Source of the DNA: Kiritimatiellia bacterium
Lineage (GTDB): Bacteria; Verrucomicrobiota; Kiritimatiellia; RFP12; UBA1067
Direction of reading: 5' to 3'
Assembly: GCA_050949565.1 (NCBI GenBank)
Contig: JBMNFY010000010.1
Span: forward strand, 192,001-256,000
Length of the DNA stretch: 64,000 nucleotides
Below, piece by piece: positions 59,819 to 64,000 of the stretch. Both the position numbers and the translations under genes were made by a program. Position 1 is the first letter of the stretch. Every line of letters starts with the position of its first letter. Below the pieces are notes generated by a model that worked only from the letters and a program-made list of their open reading frames with translations, was not told the DNA's origin and did not search any database.

Positions 59819-62611
59819 ATGCTCAGTTTCCGTACAGTGTGGGTGACACGGCCGCCGGGACGACAATCGCCGATCTTCGACCTCTTCAAGGGTGATGAGG
59901 GTGAGGCTGCCGATAGTGAGCAGGAGACGCTCTACATCACTCAGGATACGGTTGCGTTTGAAGGATTGCTGCCGTCCGAACGCGCGTATGCAGTCGATGT
60001 GCTGGCCCTACATGCTTTCGCCTTTCCGGACACGCCGGAGGATAACGCGGCGGAGCACTTGCGTCAGGGTGGTGCCAGCGGTGCGGGCCTCTGGGAGGTT
60101 TGGCGCACGATCGAAGCGCGGTTGGCAGCGTTGCCGCTCTGGACGCTGGAGACCATCGAGTTGATATTGCGCGATCTGGACGAACGCGGTCTGGCGCGCG
60201 TGTTCGGTCATTTTGCCGAGTGTGCCCGGCGCGCCGGAACGCGATGCGGGCCGTGGCTGGAAACCTTTACGCCCGATGCGCGCCGGAACGAGCGGCGTAC
60301 CTTGCCGCCGCATGCTGACTGCACCCCGCTGGACGTTGACCGCCTTGCCTCGCATCTGCTGCCCGGCGGCACCTTCTCGCGCCTGATGCCCGGTTATGAA
60401 TCGCGTCCCGGACAGGTGGAGATGCTGCGCGCGGTCGCGCGGGCTTTCAGCGAGGGCCGACACCTATTGGTTGAGGCTGGTACCGGTGTCGGCAAGAGCA
60501 TTGCCTACCTGATCCCCGCCGCCGCATGGGCGTTGCTCAACGATGTGCCGGTGGTGGTCAGCACCAATACGCGCAACCTACAGGCACAGCTTATCGAAAA
60601 AGATTTGCCGCTGGTCCGCGCGGCGGTGTGCGGCAACGACAGCGCCACTCTACGCGTGGCTGTACTGAAGGGGCGCTCGAACTATGCTTGTCTACGGCGG
60701 ATCGCACTCCTGTTGGAGCAGAGTCACTTTGAACTCGAACGTCCCGAACTGCGCCGCTTCGCCTTGGCGTTGGCTTGGATAGCGCAGTCACCTGATGGCG
60801 ATCTCGACACCTTTGCCGGCGCGGGTCATGCCGATGCCGTGTTTCTTGCCAAACTGTCGTCGACCGCTGAAGAGTGTCCCGGACGCGCCTGCCGCTATTG
60901 GCGTCGATGCTTTTTGCAGAAGGCGCGTGCCCGCGCCGCCGCCGCGCATGTGGTCATTGCCAACCACGCGCTGGTTTTTGCCGAGTCGCAGGCCCCCGGT
61001 ACCGCTTTGCCACCTCATGCTCAAATCGTATTCGACGAAGCGCACAACTTGGAGGAGGCGGCGACACGCCATCTTTCCACAGAGTTGACCCAAGCGCGCC
61101 TCAACCAGTTGTTGCGACGTTTGAGCCGTGGTCGCGGCAACCGTGCGGGCGGCGTGTTGGAGGTGTTACGCAATCACCTTCAAAAGGGCGCGATAACGAC
61201 CAACGAAGCATCAGCCAAAGCGTTGCGGCGACAGATCCGCCAGATTCGCAGCGCACTGGAAGAGGTGCAGAATAGCGCCCGCATCTTGTTCGAGGAACTG
61301 CATGGCCTCATCCAGCCGGGCCATGACCCGGTACGTTTCCGCTGTGTGCCGTCCTCCGCCGCAGTGTCTGTGGAAGCCGACGACCTGTTTGCCGATGACG
61401 AGGGTGACGATGCGGCGACGATGTGCGCAGATGGGATGCCGTTTTCCGGTGCATTCACGCGCGAGGTGTGCCGCGACAAACAGTTCGCAGCGTGCCAGGG
61501 CGGTTGGGATGAGGCCGAGGTTCAGCGTTGTCGGCTGGCCGTTAAACATGCGGTTGCGGAGGCCTCTGGCCTGTTGCTGGAGTTGGGCGAGGCGCTGCGC
61601 CAGACCACGGAGGGCGAACTCGCGCTGTATGATGATCAGGCGGCGAATGTCGAGGGTGCGGCAGCGGCGTTGCGTGCCTTCGCGTTGGATATGGATTTCA
61701 TTCTGGCCGCCACCGATACGGAGCATGTCTTTTGGGCGGAGCCGCCGAGCCGCAGTGCCGGGACTGCCAATCTTTACGCCGCGCCGCTGAGCATCGGTGA
61801 GGCGTTGGCCGAGTTGCTCTACCGGCAGAAGGCAACGGTGGTGTTCTGTTCAGCGACTCTGCGCGTCGGCAGTTCATTCGGCTATATCAGCCGACGTCTG
61901 GGGATCGATCGCCTTGAACCTGAACAGCTCATGACCTGTGTGGCGGAGAGTCCGTTCGACTACCTGACGCAGTGCGCGGCTCTAGCTCCCGTCTTTTTAC
62001 CTCCGCCCACCGGCTCCACCGGCGGCAGCTATTCCGAGCAACTCTGCGGTCTGATGCTGGATGTCTTCACGCGGACACGCGGTCGCGCCATGGGGCTCTT
62101 CACCAGTTACGAGATGATGAACCAAGTCGCGCGCCTGCTGGAAGAGCCGTTGCGCGCGGCGGGCATCCGGTTGTTGGTACACGGCACGAACGGAACGCGC
62201 GACCAGATCACGCGGATCTTTCGCTCGGGCGGTTCCTGTGTGCTGCTCGGTACCCATTCATTCTGGGAGGGCGTGGATGTGGCGGGCGAGGCGTTGAGCT
62301 GCGTGGTGATGGCGCGCCTGCCGTTTGCCGCCGTGACAGATCCAATCGTCGAGGCGCGCTGCGAGCAGATCGAACGTGCGGGCGGTAGCGCCTTCCGCGA
62401 GTTCTCCCTGCCACAGGCGGTTATCCGCTTCCGGCAGGGGTTTGGCCGCTTGATCCGTACACGGGCGGATAGGGGAGTGGTGATTGTCGCGGACCCGCGC
62501 GTGATGACCAAGTCCTACGGCGCGACGTTCCGCAAAAGCCTGCCCTGCCCGCTGCTGCGCGTCGGGAGCCGTGACGAGCTGCTGACGCGCGTGGAAGTGC
62601 TCTTCACTTAA
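59819..62611 (+). CDS. dinG: DinG/YoaA-family ATP-dependent helicase
   Basis: RPGQ, EAGTGVGKS, KGRSNY, DEAH, SAT, FWEGVD, RQGFGRLIR; Cys residues consistent with an Fe-S cluster. Confidence 0.9.
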   Translation: MLSFRTVWVTRPPGRQSPIFDLFKGDEGEAADSEQETLYITQDTVAFEGLLPSERAYAVDVLALHAFAFPDTPEDNAAEHLRQGGASGAGLWEVWRTIEARLAALPLWTLETIELILRDLDERGLARVFGHFAECARRAGTRCGPWLETFTPDARRNERRTLPPHADCTPLDVDRLASHLLPGGTFSRLMPGYESRPGQVEMLRAVARAFSEGRHLLVEAGTGVGKSIAYLIPAAAWALLNDVPVVVSTNTRNLQAQLIEKDLPLVRAAVCGNDSATLRVAVLKGRSNYACLRRIALLLEQSHFELERPELRRFALALAWIAQSPDGDLDTFAGAGHADAVFLAKLSSTAEECPGRACRYWRRCFLQKARARAAAAHVVIANHALVFAESQAPGTALPPHAQIVFDEAHNLEEAATRHLSTELTQARLNQLLRRLSRGRGNRAGGVLEVLRNHLQKGAITTNEASAKALRRQIRQIRSALEEVQNSARILFEELHGLIQPGHDPVRFRCVPSSAAVSVEADDLFADDEGDDAATMCADGMPFSGAFTREVCRDKQFAACQGGWDEAEVQRCRLAVKHAVAEASGLLLELGEALRQTTEGELALYDDQAANVEGAAAALRAFALDMDFILAATDTEHVFWAEPPSRSAGTANLYAAPLSIGEALAELLYRQKATVVFCSATLRVGSSFGYISRRLGIDRLEPEQLMTCVAESPFDYLTQCAALAPVFLPPPTGSTGGSYSEQLCGLMLDVFTRTRGRAMGLFTSYEMMNQVARLLEEPLRAAGIRLLVHGTNGTRDQITRIFRSGGSCVLLGTHSFWEGVDVAGEALSCVVMARLPFAAVTDPIVEARCEQIERAGGSAFREFSLPQAVIRFRQGFGRLIRTRADRGVVIVADPRVMTKSYGATFRKSLPCPLLRVGSRDELLTRVEVLFT

Positions 62612-62778
62612 GGGACGGGTTACCTTGCCAGACAGCTTGACCGCTTGCGTCTGGTATTTTGTTGTCCGCGAAAAAACACGATTGATAATGCCTGCCGGTA
62701 AAGCGTACGCTGACGGCGCGCCCTTTTTGTGGGGGCGCACGGAGCCCGGTGCGGCACGGGCGGCGGGGAGATAGCACG

Positions 62779-64000
62779 ATGGATGGAAATCTTTTTTGCG
62801 GCGGAACGGATGCCGGCGGGACGGCGTTTATCGGGCTGCCGGGTATTTTGCTTGACATCCCCGACATCATCTGCCTCGGCCCGGACAACAGCGCGTCCTT
62901 TTCCGTGTCGGCCAGCTTCGTGCCCGACGGCGAGGAGATCGCGGGGCAACCGCAGTGGTTCGTCAGCAGCGGGACCGCCACGCCGGAGAGCGGCAACATG
63001 GAGACATGGGTGGACGCGGTTTTCCCCGCGCCCGCGCAGCAGGCCCAGGGGGCACCCGCACCGATGGGCGCGGGCGTGGAAACAAACGGTTCGCCGTCGA
63101 TCACGGCAGAGATCGGCGACAGAACCGTCACGCGCACGCTCGATCCGTCCACGCCGGACGACCCCGACGAACCAGACCCTTGGGACGGCCGGCGTTTCAT
63201 CACCCGCTCCTACGGCGGCGGCACGGAACCGGTGGCGCTGACCTACGCGCTCGCGCACAGCAGCAATGCCGTGACGTTCGCGTGGCACGGGCATCAGGAG
63301 GACACGGTGCTGGAGTGGAGCATCAGCGGGAGCGGGCCGCGCTTTCTCAAGGACGGGCAGGAGGTGTCCAAGGTGACACGGGACCTCTCGGTCTCGGTCC
63401 TGCCGCGCGGGACGGTTTCGAACTTCAAGATCAGGGCGAAGGTCCTGACGCAACTTGGCACGGTCATCACGCGGCAGACCGAGCTGCGCGTGATCAGAAT
63501 CATCGCCGAGCCGGTTCTGTCGTTCGATCAGGGCGCGCCGGTAAATCCCTGCGGTCTTTTCGTCGGCGGCTCCGCAACCTTCCAGATCACATTTTCATCG
63601 AACGTCAGGGCAGAGGATGTGCAGTGGTCCGTTGCCGACGGCAACGCCGCGCTCGCCTTCGGTCCGCAAAGCACCGCGCCCCAGATCGTGGTCGGCCTCG
63701 CGCCGGGCACGGAAACGCTGGCCGCCAATATCGCGCACTACGTCGGCCCGCCGCCGCAATTCAATTTCGAGGTGTACCCCTATGCCGACCCTATCGCCTT
63801 GCATTTCATGCTCATCTGCGATAACAACGGTAACCACGCCGGATCGGCGTCCGACATCCCCGGCCTCATCACCGGTGTCAACGACATCTACCGCCAGGAG
63901 GGGCTCCGCTTTGCGCAGGCCTCCGTTTCGTACACGAATGAGATATCTTGGTACCTCAATTCGGAGATCAGCAATATTCAGCGAGAAATCGTCAACGTCA
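62779..64000 (+). CDS. Hypothetical beta-rich protein, runs off the window end
   Basis: Open frame from ATG 62779 (GGGGAG upstream): ...ILLDIPDIICLG...IIAEPVLSF...VNDIYRQEGLRF; missing from the ORF track because there is no stop in the window. Confidence 0.65.
   Translation, partial: MDGNLFCGGTDAGGTAFIGLPGILLDIPDIICLGPDNSASFSVSASFVPDGEEIAGQPQWFVSSGTATPESGNMETWVDAVFPAPAQQAQGAPAPMGAGVETNGSPSITAEIGDRTVTRTLDPSTPDDPDEPDPWDGRRFITRSYGGGTEPVALTYALAHSSNAVTFAWHGHQEDTVLEWSISGSGPRFLKDGQEVSKVTRDLSVSVLPRGTVSNFKIRAKVLTQLGTVITRQTELRVIRIIAEPVLSFDQGAPVNPCGLFVGGSATFQITFSSNVRAEDVQWSVADGNAALAFGPQSTAPQIVVGLAPGTETLAANIAHYVGPPPQFNFEVYPYADPIALHFMLICDNNGNHAGSASDIPGLITGVNDIYRQEGLRFAQASVSYTNEISWYLNSEISNIQREIVNV

Overview
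High-GC bacterial chromosomal window. The gene content and the C-terminal motif of the giant surface protein suggest a PVC-superphylum organism, possibly Kiritimatiellia; this is inferred, not shown. Housekeeping genes (mgtE, purF-like, Nif3, hydE, dnaE, two RluA, DinG) and many secreted glycoside hydrolases and oxidoreductases surround an accessory region at ~17.6-40 kb. That region has four IS elements (IS91, IS30, IS3, ISNCY-like), two restriction-modification loci and a persulfide/peroxide detox trio. A GTGG-footed REP family occurs throughout. The most striking structure is an MmeI-like restriction-methyltransferase gene (30937-26956, minus strand). It carries an in-frame, stop-less REP-associated tyrosine transposase (RAYT) domain flanked by translated 63-bp REP arrays, a second in-frame REP array, and REP clusters at both gene ends. 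The same REP doublet also occurs inside a 101-bp MITE with terminal inverted repeats. An IS91 element ends in four perfect 69-bp repeats directly upstream of a ~3000-aa surface protein gene.
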